The translations under genes were made by a program, and so were the position numbers. The notes beneath the pieces are model-generated. The model saw only the letters and a list, made by a program, of their open reading frames with translations, was not told the DNA's origin and ran no database searches. Below are positions 7,990-17,400 of a DNA stretch of 64,000 nt, in pieces. Source of the stretch: Patescibacteria group bacterium (GTDB lineage Bacteria > Patescibacteriota > Patescibacteriia > Patescibacteriales > GWC2-42-12); contig JAQVNC010000003.1 of NCBI GenBank assembly GCA_028703305.1, positions 5,270-69,269 of the forward strand. The letters are read 5' to 3'. Positions within the stretch are counted from its first letter, which is position 1, and every line of letters starts with the position of its first letter.

Positions 7990-8658
7990 ATGGAGAATAT
8001 TATTAAGCTTTGGCTTAAAACTTGGTGGGGCAAATTAATTGCCGCTCTTTTAACCATAATCTTGATTTTTATCGTGGCGGCCGGCTTTTATGTTTATAAT
8101 CTTGTTAAAACGGCTAAAAAGCAAGCCGGCATAAAATTAAGCGGGCAACAATATGATGCCGCTTCCGGAGATCATTACTGGCTGGGTTCGGCCAAAGCCC
8201 CGGTAACCATCGTTGAATTCGGCGATTTTGCCTGCGCCAACTGCGAGCAGGCTTTTTCTACAATCAGAGAAATAAGCTTAAAATATAAAAATGACGTAAA
8301 GTTTATCTGGCGAGACTACCCGGTAGTTTCTGAATATTCAGCTTTACTGGCTTTAGGTGGCCGCTGCGCCGGCGAACAAGGCTTATTTTGGCCCATGCAT
8401 GATAAATTATTTCAAAATCAAGGCATAAATACCGCTAGCCAGCTTATTGCCGCGGCCAAACAAATCGGAGCCGATACAACCAGATTTAATGACTGCTTAA
8501 CCAAGGAAAAATATCTTACGCAAATTCAAAAAGATCTGGCCGACGGTCAGGAATTCGGCATTACCGGCACGCCCGCCTATTTTATCAATGGCTATAAAAT
8601 TGAGGGCAATATACCTTATAATACTTTTATACAAATTATAGATGGATTAAAAAAATAA
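7990..8658 (+). CDS. membrane-anchored DsbA-family thiol:disulfide oxidoreductase
   Basis: N-terminal TM helix, thioredoxin-fold motif FGDFACANCEQ (CxxC), C-terminal GTPAYFING. Confidence 0.8.
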   Translation: MENIIKLWLKTWWGKLIAALLTIILIFIVAAGFYVYNLVKTAKKQAGIKLSGQQYDAASGDHYWLGSAKAPVTIVEFGDFACANCEQAFSTIREISLKYKNDVKFIWRDYPVVSEYSALLALGGRCAGEQGLFWPMHDKLFQNQGINTASQLIAAAKQIGADTTRFNDCLTKEKYLTQIQKDLADGQEFGITGTPAYFINGYKIEGNIPYNTFIQIIDGLKK

Positions 8659-8667
8659 TTATTCTTT

Positions 8668-8753
8668 GTCATTCCCGCGCAGGCGGGAATCCAGAAATTC
8701 ACCATTGGCCGATATTATGACAGTTCTGGATCCCCAATCAAGTTGGGGATGAC
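8668..8753. repeat. family-C palindromic repeat (gtcattcccgcgcaggcgggaatccagaa...ttctggatccccaa..ttggggatgac)
   Basis: Nested hairpins tcccgc/gcggga and ccccaa/ttgggg, closed by atccagaa/ttctggat and gtcat/atgac. A half copy lies at 14331-14359. Confidence 0.8.
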
Positions 8754-8764
8754 AAATAAAAAAC

Positions 8765-9307
8765 ATGATTCAAATTCGCATTCATGGCCGCGGCGGCCAA
8801 GGCGTAGTAACGGCCGCGGAATTAATCGCTATCGCCGCCTTTAAAAGCGGAAAACAGGCGCAAGCCTTCCCCTCTTTTGGCGTGGAAAGAACCGGCGCGC
8901 CGGTAGAGGCTTACGCCAGAATTGATAACAACCCCATTATATTAAGAGAACAAATTTATCAGCCCAATGTTTTAATCATTCAGGACGCCAGCTTATTGGA
9001 TAATTTTGACATGTCTAAAGGCGCGGACAAAAAAACCATTGCCATTATCAACACGGCCAAAGACAAATCAAACTTGAATATAAACTTGCCTAAAGCTAAT
9101 GTTTATACGATTGACGCCACTAAAATCGCCATGGAAATAATCGGTAAAAATATCGTTAACACGGTTATTTTAGGCGCTTTTGCCAGAATAACCGACCTGG
9201 TCAGCCTTGATGCCTTAAAACAGGCGATCGCGGAAAAATTCGCCGGGCATGATGAGCTAATCGCTAAAAACATAAAAGCCGTAGAGCAAGCTTATAAAAA
9301 CAATTAA
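8765..9307 (+). CDS. porG: pyruvate/2-oxoacid:ferredoxin oxidoreductase gamma subunit
   Basis: MIQIRIHGRGGQGVVTAAELIA..FPSFGVERTGAPV is typical of the POR gamma subunit. Confidence 0.85.
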   Translation: MIQIRIHGRGGQGVVTAAELIAIAAFKSGKQAQAFPSFGVERTGAPVEAYARIDNNPIILREQIYQPNVLIIQDASLLDNFDMSKGADKKTIAIINTAKDKSNLNINLPKANVYTIDATKIAMEIIGKNIVNTVILGAFARITDLVSLDALKQAIAEKFAGHDELIAKNIKAVEQAYKNN

Positions 9308-9311
9308 TTTT

Positions 9312-9578
9312 ATGAAAATCACCGTTCAGCCATCTTCCTCTATTATTAACAAAACCGGCCCTTGGCGCGCCAACCGGCCTAATTTTTTACACGATAAATG
9401 CACGGCTTGCGGAATTTGCTCGCGAATTTGCCCTGAAGGCATAATTTACCAAACCGATAAAACTAACGCCGCCGGCAAAAAATATTTTGCCTGCGATTTA
9501 ACCTATTGCAAGGGTTGTGGCTTATGCGCCATTGAATGCCCGTTTAAAGCCATAGAAATGGAGCTAGAAGAAAAATAA
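9312..9578 (+). CDS. porD: pyruvate/2-oxoacid:ferredoxin oxidoreductase delta subunit (2x[4Fe-4S] ferredoxin)
   Basis: CTACGICSRICP and CKGCGLCAIECP cluster motifs. Confidence 0.85.
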   Translation: MKITVQPSSSIINKTGPWRANRPNFLHDKCTACGICSRICPEGIIYQTDKTNAAGKKYFACDLTYCKGCGLCAIECPFKAIEMELEEK

Positions 9579-9582
9579 AACT

Positions 9583-10716
9583 ATGAACAACACAAAAAAT
9601 AACCAACAAATGCTAGAAGGCTCCCGCGCCATTGCCCTAACCATTAAAAATATCGGCCCAGCGGTAATTTCAGCTTACCCGATTACGCCGCAAACCCATA
9701 TCGTAGAAGATCTGGCTAAATTTAAAGCCGACGGAGAGGCAAATTATGAATACGTGCGCGCCGAGTCCGAGTTCGCGGCCGCTTCCATAGTTTTGGGCGC
9801 CAGCGCCACCGGTGTGCGCGCCTATAGCGCCACCAGCTCGCAAGGGCTTCTCTTAATGGCCGAGGTAATTTATAATATCGCCGGCATGCGCCTACCCATA
9901 GTCATGACTTGCGCCAACCGATCCATTAGCGCGCCCATTAATATTTGGAACGACCAGCAGGATGTCATGACTATAAGGGACGCCGGCTGGATTTTACTTT
10001 TCTCGGAAAACCACCAGGAAGCGGTTAATCAGCATGTTATGGCTTTTAAATTAGCCGAGCAATTAAAATTGCCGGTTATGGTAAACGTTGACGGCTTTAT
10101 TATGACGCACACTTATGAGCCGGTCATAATTCCGTCCGTGGAACAAATTAAAAAATATCTGCCGGACTATAGGCCGGAAGCTGGGCAATATTTAGACTCG
10201 GCCAGCCCGGCTACCTTAGGCGCTTTAGCCACGCCGGCGCATTATATGGAAATTAGGCAGGAGTTGCATGAAGACTTAACCGCCAGCCTTAAAACCATAG
10301 AACGAGAATTTAAAAATTTCACCGGCCAGGGTTTGATTGAATATTCCGGCCACAAAAACCCCGAGACTATCCTTATCGCCATGGGCTCGGTTATCGGCAC
10401 TATAAAAGAAACGGTTGGAAAATCGGATAAAATCGGCATTTTAAAAATAAAATGTTTCCGCCCCTTTCCGGCCGAGCAAATATTAAAAATAATTAAATCG
10501 GCTAAAAATATCGCGGTTATAGATAAATCCATCTCGCTCGGCCACATTGGCACCTTAGCTTCAGAAATTAAAGCCATTGCCCAAGGAAAAATTAAAGCTA
10601 ATATTAGCAGTTTTATTGTAGGTTTAGGCGGACGCGATATCACCAGAGAAATGATTAAAAAGATAATCAAATTAGCTAATAAAAAATCCGATAAAGCGCA
10701 ATTTATCGGAAAATAA
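9583..10716 (+). CDS. porA: pyruvate/2-oxoacid:ferredoxin oxidoreductase alpha subunit
   Basis: GSRAIALT...YPITPQTHIVE...SEFAA..GASATGVRAYSATSSQGLLLM is typical of POR alpha. Confidence 0.85.
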   Translation: MNNTKNNQQMLEGSRAIALTIKNIGPAVISAYPITPQTHIVEDLAKFKADGEANYEYVRAESEFAAASIVLGASATGVRAYSATSSQGLLLMAEVIYNIAGMRLPIVMTCANRSISAPINIWNDQQDVMTIRDAGWILLFSENHQEAVNQHVMAFKLAEQLKLPVMVNVDGFIMTHTYEPVIIPSVEQIKKYLPDYRPEAGQYLDSASPATLGALATPAHYMEIRQELHEDLTASLKTIEREFKNFTGQGLIEYSGHKNPETILIAMGSVIGTIKETVGKSDKIGILKIKCFRPFPAEQILKIIKSAKNIAVIDKSISLGHIGTLASEIKAIAQGKIKANISSFIVGLGGRDITREMIKKIIKLANKKSDKAQFIGK

Positions 10717-10717
10717 T

Positions 10718-11572
10718 ATGCTAAAATCTCTGCCAAAAATTATTGTAATATTTTTTCTAACTGTTTTTATTTTACAGCTGGCCTGTTTGCTATTTTTAAC
10801 GCTGGCGCCAAATATCAGCCAGGCGGCAGATCCGGCCACTTTCAAGCCCCAAATCCAAATTCCCGGCATGGCAGAGGAATTCGGGGCGACAGATAAAACC
10901 GGAGGCTATGCCATTCCCGGTTCCACCGCTTCCATCGCAAAATATATCAAAGTCATTTATAAATACGCTATCGGCATCGTCGGCATTTTAGCGGCCGTGG
11001 TCTTAATGGTCGGCGGGGTGATGTGGATTGTGGCCGGAGGCTCAAGCACTATGATCGGCGAAGCCAAATCTTGGATCGGCGCCAGCCTTACCGGTTTGAC
11101 TATAGCATTATTATCATATCTAATTTTAGCCACCATCAATCCGGCGTTGGTGGATTTGAAAACTACGCCAATACAACAAGTACAAAGTACTGCTACCGCT
11201 GACGATAATGTAGCTGGCTGCTGCAATTTCAAAGATCAAGGCGGAACAATTCAGCTTAATTTTTCCCGATGTGAATATAAAACTTACGGCGAATGCAAAA
11301 ACGCTTCCGGCTTTTACAGTTTTATAAAAAGCACCCAATGTTATAATGTTTCCGGCTGCCCGCAATATGGCAGTGCGTCATCACTTAAACAATGCTCAAA
11401 TAAACCAGACGGGATTACCTGCAATGTAAATGATGACCCAAACACTCCAGGAAAATGCAAAAATAACGAATGCGTTCAATGCATAAAAAGCGGCGGCGAA
11501 TGTAGCGGCTATGTATTTGGAAATGACGAATGTTGCAGCAACGACTGTTTGTTCGGCAATAAATGTAAATAA
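10718..11572 (+). CDS. T4SS-pilin-like (TrbC/VirB2-like, CPR 'pilin' type) membrane protein with a Cys-rich C-terminal extension
   Basis: Signal peptide ending ISQA. Two-TM core YKYAIGIVGILAAVVLMVGGVMWIVAGGSSTMIGEAKSWIGASLTGLTIALLSYLILATINPALV. 130-aa tail with many Cys, ending C-x6-C-x9-CC-x3-C-x5-C. Confidence 0.65.
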   Translation: MLKSLPKIIVIFFLTVFILQLACLLFLTLAPNISQAADPATFKPQIQIPGMAEEFGATDKTGGYAIPGSTASIAKYIKVIYKYAIGIVGILAAVVLMVGGVMWIVAGGSSTMIGEAKSWIGASLTGLTIALLSYLILATINPALVDLKTTPIQQVQSTATADDNVAGCCNFKDQGGTIQLNFSRCEYKTYGECKNASGFYSFIKSTQCYNVSGCPQYGSASSLKQCSNKPDGITCNVNDDPNTPGKCKNNECVQCIKSGGECSGYVFGNDECCSNDCLFGNKCK

Positions 11573-11586
11573 AAATCATTCATAAT

Positions 11587-12747
11587 ATGCTACCAAATTA
11601 TCCGGATAAATTAAAATGCAATTTAAATATTATCTTTTTTGCTTTTCTTTTTATTTTATTTTTTCAAATAAGCGCTGCGCAAGCGGCATGCAATTGGGCA
11701 TTTTTTGAAGACACAATTTTTACTAAACAATGCTCTAATTTAAATACAATCTGGAGAAACTGCGAAAATAGCGCCTGCGTAACCTCAGAACCTGCCAAAA
11801 AGACAGGCGGAGCATATAAATGCTGCTGTGAAAATGCCTGTCCCGCCGGATTAGAGGCAAAACCGGCCGCTGATACGCCAAAATTTACCATGCCAGATTT
11901 ACAGATTAAAATTCCCGGTCTTACTCTTACTGAAGCCAAGGTCATAAAATGCACCGAGACAAACGGTAAAAAAACCTGCAATATCCCTTGGATCGGCGAA
12001 TATGTCGCCGGCATCTATAAATATGCCATCGGCATAGTCGGCATTTTAGCGGCCGTGGTTTTAATGATTGGCGGTGTGATCTGGATAGTAGCTGGAGGCA
12101 GCGCCACCATGATCGGCGAAGCTAAGGCCTGGATTGCCGCCAGCCTTACAGGATTAGTTATCGCTTTATGCTCTTATGTTATTCTTTATCAAGTTAATCC
12201 GGCGCTACTGAATTTTAAGGGGTTAGATATTACTTTAGTAGAAAAAATTAAACAATTAGTTAGTGACAGAACTGGTGGAACGGCGGAACAATATAAAAGC
12301 ATGCCTTGTCCCAGTTCGGAAGAACTCGCAACGGGCGTTGATTTTTACGCTACAGGTTATATAAAGCCTGATAATGATAACAGTAAATATTCTCTTTGCA
12401 TGATTGCCATGAACTGTACTTGCCCTAGCGGCCAAGACACTTCGCAAAATTGCGATGAATATTTCCCCAATTATAAAAATTATCGCCCCTGTAAACCCTT
12501 TAGCGGAGACGACTATTGCAATAAAAATTCCAGCGGCAAAACACCTCAAATCGGCGATGTGGCGGTTGATTACAGTTGCTTTAACAAAGAACAACAAATA
12601 TGCGTAAATAAAAAAACTACCTATACGGCCAGAGACTCTGGCGGCGGAATTAAAGGAAGAAGAATTGACATCTGGAGCGGCAACGACATCTCTGCAGCCA
12701 ACAAAAATTCTGGCGTTGTTAATATTACTCTAGGCGCCTGCCAATAA
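11587..12747 (+). CDS. T4SS-pilin-like membrane protein with Cys-rich N-terminal region and C-terminal 3D (MltA/RlpA-like) domain
   Basis: Same two-TM core as the previous gene (YKYAIGIVGILAAVVLMIGGVIWIVAGGSATMIGEAKAWIAASLTGLVIALCSYVILYQVNPALL). The C-terminus GDVAVD...YTARDSGGGIKGRRIDIW matches the 3D-domain signature. Confidence 0.65.
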   Translation: MLPNYPDKLKCNLNIIFFAFLFILFFQISAAQAACNWAFFEDTIFTKQCSNLNTIWRNCENSACVTSEPAKKTGGAYKCCCENACPAGLEAKPAADTPKFTMPDLQIKIPGLTLTEAKVIKCTETNGKKTCNIPWIGEYVAGIYKYAIGIVGILAAVVLMIGGVIWIVAGGSATMIGEAKAWIAASLTGLVIALCSYVILYQVNPALLNFKGLDITLVEKIKQLVSDRTGGTAEQYKSMPCPSSEELATGVDFYATGYIKPDNDNSKYSLCMIAMNCTCPSGQDTSQNCDEYFPNYKNYRPCKPFSGDDYCNKNSSGKTPQIGDVAVDYSCFNKEQQICVNKKTTYTARDSGGGIKGRRIDIWSGNDISAANKNSGVVNITLGACQ

Positions 12748-12751
12748 ATAT

Positions 12752-12967
12752 ATGCTTTACTTTACTAAATACGCCGAAACAAAATTTGATTTGCTGAATA
12801 AGCACAAAGTTTATTTTACGCGCGAGCAGATTGAAGACGCGGTTGGCGCGCCGGATAAAGCCGGCAAAAAGGGCAAATTTTTAACGGCGCAGAAAGAGGA
12901 TATAAAAGTTATTTATAAAAAAGAGGCGGACGTTTTAAAAATAATTACATTTTTCCCCATAAAATAA
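12752..12967 (+). CDS. small DUF4258-like protein (possible toxin-like partner of the next gene)
   Basis: 71 aa, ending ...VIYKKEADVLKIITFFPIK. Only 4-nt gaps to its neighbours. Family assignment from memory and weak. Confidence 0.4.
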   Translation: MLYFTKYAETKFDLLNKHKVYFTREQIEDAVGAPDKAGKKGKFLTAQKEDIKVIYKKEADVLKIITFFPIK

Positions 12968-12971
12968 ACAC

Positions 12972-13181
12972 ATGCAATACGACATTGAGGCCAATATAAT
13001 AAGCTGGGAAATTACCAAGGATCCGATTAAGAATGCCCTTGAACTCGGTAATTTTATTATTCATCTTTCCAAGGCGAAAAAACCGGTTTTAATTGAAATA
13101 CTAAACGCCTCTAAATTCGTGGGGAAAATAGACAAAATAAAACTTGAGGGCATTAAAAGACAAATAATGGAAACAAGCTAA
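12972..13181 (+). CDS. DUF2283-family small protein
   Basis: MQYDIEANIISWEI...PVLIEILNASKF resembles the DUF2283 pattern (YD.e.D......vgIEIlnAS). Confidence 0.55.
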   Translation: MQYDIEANIISWEITKDPIKNALELGNFIIHLSKAKKPVLIEILNASKFVGKIDKIKLEGIKRQIMETS

Positions 13182-13264
13182 AATGAATAATGAATCACGA
13201 ATTATGAATAATGGGAAAATATTACATCAAAACTCCATAATTCATAATTCATTATTAATAATTC
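13182..13264. repeat. family-D heptamer-based palindrome (aatgaataatgaa...gg / cc...ttcataattcattatt)
   Basis: Arms built from gaataat/gaattat heptads facing their complements across a ~20-nt loop. Related to 59285-59370 and to the runs inside leuS. Confidence 0.8.
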
Positions 13265-13273
13265 AAATTAAAT

Positions 13274-14200
13274 ATGCCAATTACTATAAATAAATCTATA
13301 CCAACTCAGTCAAAATCTTTATTAGCGCCGGGGCATAGAGGCTGCGCCGGCTGCGGCCAGATGATCGCCGCAAGACTGGTGGCCGACACTTTAGGTTCGA
13401 ACACGATTATCGCTAATGCCACCGGCTGCCTTGAAGTAGTTACCACGCCTTACCCGGAAAGCTCCTGGGGCATGCCCTGGGTTCATTCTCTGTTTGAAAA
13501 CGCTTCAGCCGTAGCTTCCGGCGTTTACGCCGCTTTAAAAGCAAAAGGCAAAGACAAAGAAATTAAAGTAATCGCCCAGGGAGGCGACGGCGGCACTTTT
13601 GATATCGGTTTTGGCTTAATCAGCGGCATGTGGGAGCGGGGAGAAAATATTTTATATGTCTGCTATGACAATGAAGGCTACATGAATACGGGCGCCCAGG
13701 CCAGCGCGGCTACGCCCTGGGCCGCTAACACCACGACCACTCCGGCCGGAGCCGCTCCTGATATTAACGGCATCGGTTCTCATTTTATGAAAAAAGACAT
13801 GCTGGCCGTGGCTTTGGCGCACGGCTTAAAGTATGTGGCTCAGACTACGGTGGCTTATCCGTTAGACATAATAAAAAAGGTTAAAAAAGCCGTGGCCACA
13901 GAAGGCCCCTCATATCTGCAAATTTTAGTGCCTTGCATCCCCGGCTGGAAAATTGAGCCAAGCCAAACTATTGCTTTAGCTAAATTAGCCGCGCAAACCG
14001 GCATTTACCCGGTAGTGGAATATGTTAACGGCCAACTGGCCGAGGTGATAAAAACGCCGGCTAAGCGCCCGCCGGTAGAAGATTATTTAAAACCCCAAGG
14101 CAGATTTAAGCATCTATTCAAGAATGGCGGCAATAAAGAGCAAATCGCCTATATTCAAAAACTGGCTGATGAAAATGTGAAAAGATATAATTTATTATAG
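13274..14200 (+). CDS. porB: pyruvate/2-oxoacid:ferredoxin oxidoreductase beta (TPP-binding) subunit
   Basis: GHRGCAGCG, GGDGGTFDIGFG, YDNEGYMNTGAQ motifs. Confidence 0.85.
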   Translation: MPITINKSIPTQSKSLLAPGHRGCAGCGQMIAARLVADTLGSNTIIANATGCLEVVTTPYPESSWGMPWVHSLFENASAVASGVYAALKAKGKDKEIKVIAQGGDGGTFDIGFGLISGMWERGENILYVCYDNEGYMNTGAQASAATPWAANTTTTPAGAAPDINGIGSHFMKKDMLAVALAHGLKYVAQTTVAYPLDIIKKVKKAVATEGPSYLQILVPCIPGWKIEPSQTIALAKLAAQTGIYPVVEYVNGQLAEVIKTPAKRPPVEDYLKPQGRFKHLFKNGGNKEQIAYIQKLADENVKRYNLL

Positions 14201-14220
14201 CCCAAGAAAGGTTTGGGGTT

Positions 14221-14303
14221 GCTTTCCGAGCGCATACGAAATTGTAGCTTTTTTTCTAAAAATCTTTTAGAAAAAATGCCCAAATTTTATTTAAGCAGGG
14301 AAA
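14221..14303. repeat. family-E related palindromic repeat
   Basis: gctttccgagcgcatacgaaattgtagc - ttttttctaaaaatcttttagaaaaaa - tgcccaaattttatttaagcagggaaa. The arms are homologous to 6221-6290. Confidence 0.7.
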
Positions 14304-14330
14304 AATAATTTCCTTGAGCCAAGTAACTAA

Positions 14331-14359
14331 TTCTGGATTCCCGCTTTCGCGGGAATGAC
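14331..14359. repeat. family-C half copy (ttctggattcccgctttcgcgggaatgac)
   Basis: Shares ttctggat, the tcccgc/gcggga hairpin and atgac with 8668-8753. Confidence 0.75.
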
Positions 14360-14373
14360 AAAATAAGTTAAAC

Positions 14374-14409
14374 AAAAAAGCATTATAACTTTCGCTATAA
14401 TGCTTTTTT
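14374..14409. terminator. bidirectional rho-independent terminator between porB (+) and rpoC (-)
   Basis: aaaaaag-cattata-actttcgc-tataatg-ctttttt: 9-bp stem with an A-run and a T-run. Confidence 0.7.
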
Positions 14410-14439
14410 GTTTTCGTATCTTAAAGAACAAATAACAAC

Positions 14440-17400
14440 TTAATCCGCTTTCTGATGATAGCCTGTGCCTGCCGGAATCGGCCGGCCGATAATAACATTT
14501 TCTTTCAAACCTTCAAGATAATCAACTTTGCCGGTAACGGCCGCGTCAATTAAGACTCTGGCGGTCTCCTGAAATGAAGCTGCCGATAACCAGCTATTGG
14601 TAGTTAGAGAAGATTTGGTTATACCCAATAACATCTGATCACCCTTGGCCGGTTTTTTGCCTTTAACTTTAATTTCTTCATTAGTTCGGTCAAAAATCGC
14701 TTTTTCCACGATTTCTCCGGACAATAATTCAGTATCGCCGGCATCAGTGACATAAATGCGTCCGAACATCTGGCGGGCGATTATTTCTATATGCTTATCA
14801 TTCAATGGCTGGCCTTGCGATGAATAAACGTATTGAATTTCTTTAATAATATATTTTTGCGCTTCCAGCTTGCCGCGCAGCTGATATAATTGATGGAGAT
14901 CTAAAGAACCTTCGGTTAATTGGTCACCGATTTTAACTTCGTCGCCGTCTTTAACCCAAATGCCAAAACCTTTCGGCACAATATATTCTTTAACCTTTTC
15001 AACATCGCTAATGACCTTAATTAGCTTTTCGTCCAATTTTACCACGCCGGCTTTTCTAGCTTTAAAAACTTTCTTGCCAATGGCAAACAATTCGCTATTT
15101 TTAACGACTTCGGCGCCGTCCTTAACTAATATTTTTACTTCTTTCTTTTTATTGTCTTTATCCTCTGAACCGGCTTCTTTAGCCGCCTCGGCAAAATAAT
15201 ATTTGTCGCTTTCCGCGCCTTGGTAATATATCTTTAAAATTTTTGATTGTGGGTTGGAAATAATCATTTCTCCGGCTTCACCGGCAATAGTCCTTTGCGC
15301 GGTTTCAATTTTAACCTTGCCGGCAACATCAGCGATAAAAGCTTTTTTCTTCGGCGGCCGCCCTTCAAAAATTTCTTCTACGCGAGGCAGACCCTGGGTA
15401 ATATCTTCTTGTCCGGCCACGCCTCCGGTATGGAAGGTCCTCATGGTAAGCTGGGTGCCTGGTTCGCCGATTGACTGCGCCGCGATAATGCCTACGGCCG
15501 TGCCGATTTTAACCGTCTTATTATAGGCCAAATCGTAGCCATAGCATTTAGCGCAAATGCCGCGGTGAATTTTACAAGTTAAAACCGATTTAATTCTAAC
15601 TTCGGAAATATCTTCTTTGGCGATTTTTTCCGCCAACTCTTCGGTCACTAACTCCCCGGCTTTTATTAAAACTTTGCCGGTTTTATTTTTTAAATCAGCG
15701 GCTAAGAATCTTCCGGTCATGCGCCGGAGCAAGCTTTCGCCCATTTCTTCGCTTTCTTTTTTAACAATCAATAAGCCTTCTTTATCCCCGCAGTCATCTT
15801 TAACCACTATGATATCCTGGGAAACATCAACTAAGCGCCTGGTTAAATAACCGGCGTTAGAAGTACGAAGAGCCGTATCGGATAAGCCTTTACGCACGCC
15901 GTGCGTGGCGATAAAATATTCCAAAACCGAAAAGCCTTTTTTAAAATTACCCTTAACCGGCAATTCAATAATATCGCCGGAAGGTGAAGTTACTAAGCCT
16001 TTCATACCCAGAATTTGAGTTAACTGCGCCCAAGAACCGCGAGCGCCAGATTCAATCATGGAATAAACCGGGCCGTCTTTCGGCAAATGGTGGCGGCAAA
16101 TCTCCGTCACTTTTTCTTTAACCGTGGTCCAAAGTTCAATAATTTTGCTATAGCGTTCGCTGTCGGTTAAGAGCCCGTCGCGATATTGCTCGCTGATTTC
16201 TTCAGCTTGTTTTGAGGCATTAACCAGCATCTCATCTTTTTCATAAAGATGCGGTATATCATCCATGCCCCAGGACAAACCGCTCTTGGTAATATATTTA
16301 AAGCTGGTTTTTTTCAAATTATCCAATAAATCAATCGTTGGCTGTTCGCCATAAAATCTTAAACATTCTTTAACCAAGTTTTTTAATTTGCCTTTGCCGA
16401 CCGTATCATTGACAAAACGCAGTTTCGGCGGCAAAACTTCATTGAAAATAATCCGGCCGACGGTGGTAATTATTAATTTGCCGTCTATCATTACTCTTAT
16501 CTTCTGCTGCAGTTTTATATTTTTCATGTCATAAGACAATTTAGCGTCCTCGGCCGAGTAAAAACTTTTTAACTTTTTTTCATCGGCGTCCAAATAAGCC
16601 TGATCAATATTAGTGATATAAAAAGCTCCCCAAACTATATCCTGGTTGGGCGCCACTACCGGATCGCCGGTCGCCGGCTTTAATAAATTATGGCTGGCCA
16701 ACATGATATCGCGGGCTTCGCCGATCGCCTCTTCGGTCAAAGGCACGTGAACCGCCATTTGGTCGCCGTCAAAGTCGGCGTTAAAAGCCGTACAAACCAA
16801 AGGATTGATTTGAATGGCTAAACCTTCAATTAAAATCGGCTTAAAAGCCTGGATGCCTAAACGGTGCAAAGTCGGCGCGCGGTTTAGCATGACGTATGAT
16901 TTTTTAACGATATCTTCAAGAATATCCCAAACTTCGTCTTTGCCCGATTCAATATAACGGGAAGCGCTTCTGACATTATGGACAATTTCTTTATCAATAA
17001 GCCGGCTGATGATAAAAGGCTTAAATAATTCCAAGGCCATCCGTTTTGGCAAACCGCATTGGTCTAAATTCAAATTTGGGTTAACCACGATAACGCTGCG
17101 GCCGGAATAATCGATTCTTTTTCCGAGTAAATTCTGCCTAAATCTTCCCTGTTTGCCTTTTAACGAATCGGCCAGCGACTTAAGCATTCTTTTCTGGCCG
17201 GTGCTTGCCACTACCGTTTTTCCATGCCTGATGGAATTATCAATTAAAGCGTCAACCGCTTCCTGAAGCATTCTTTTCTCGTTGCGGCAGATAACTTCCG
17301 GCGCGTTAAGCTCAATTAATTGCTTCAAACGGTTATTGCGGTTAATAATCCGGCGGTATAAATCATTTAAATCCGAAGTGGCAAAGCGTCCGCCGTCTAA

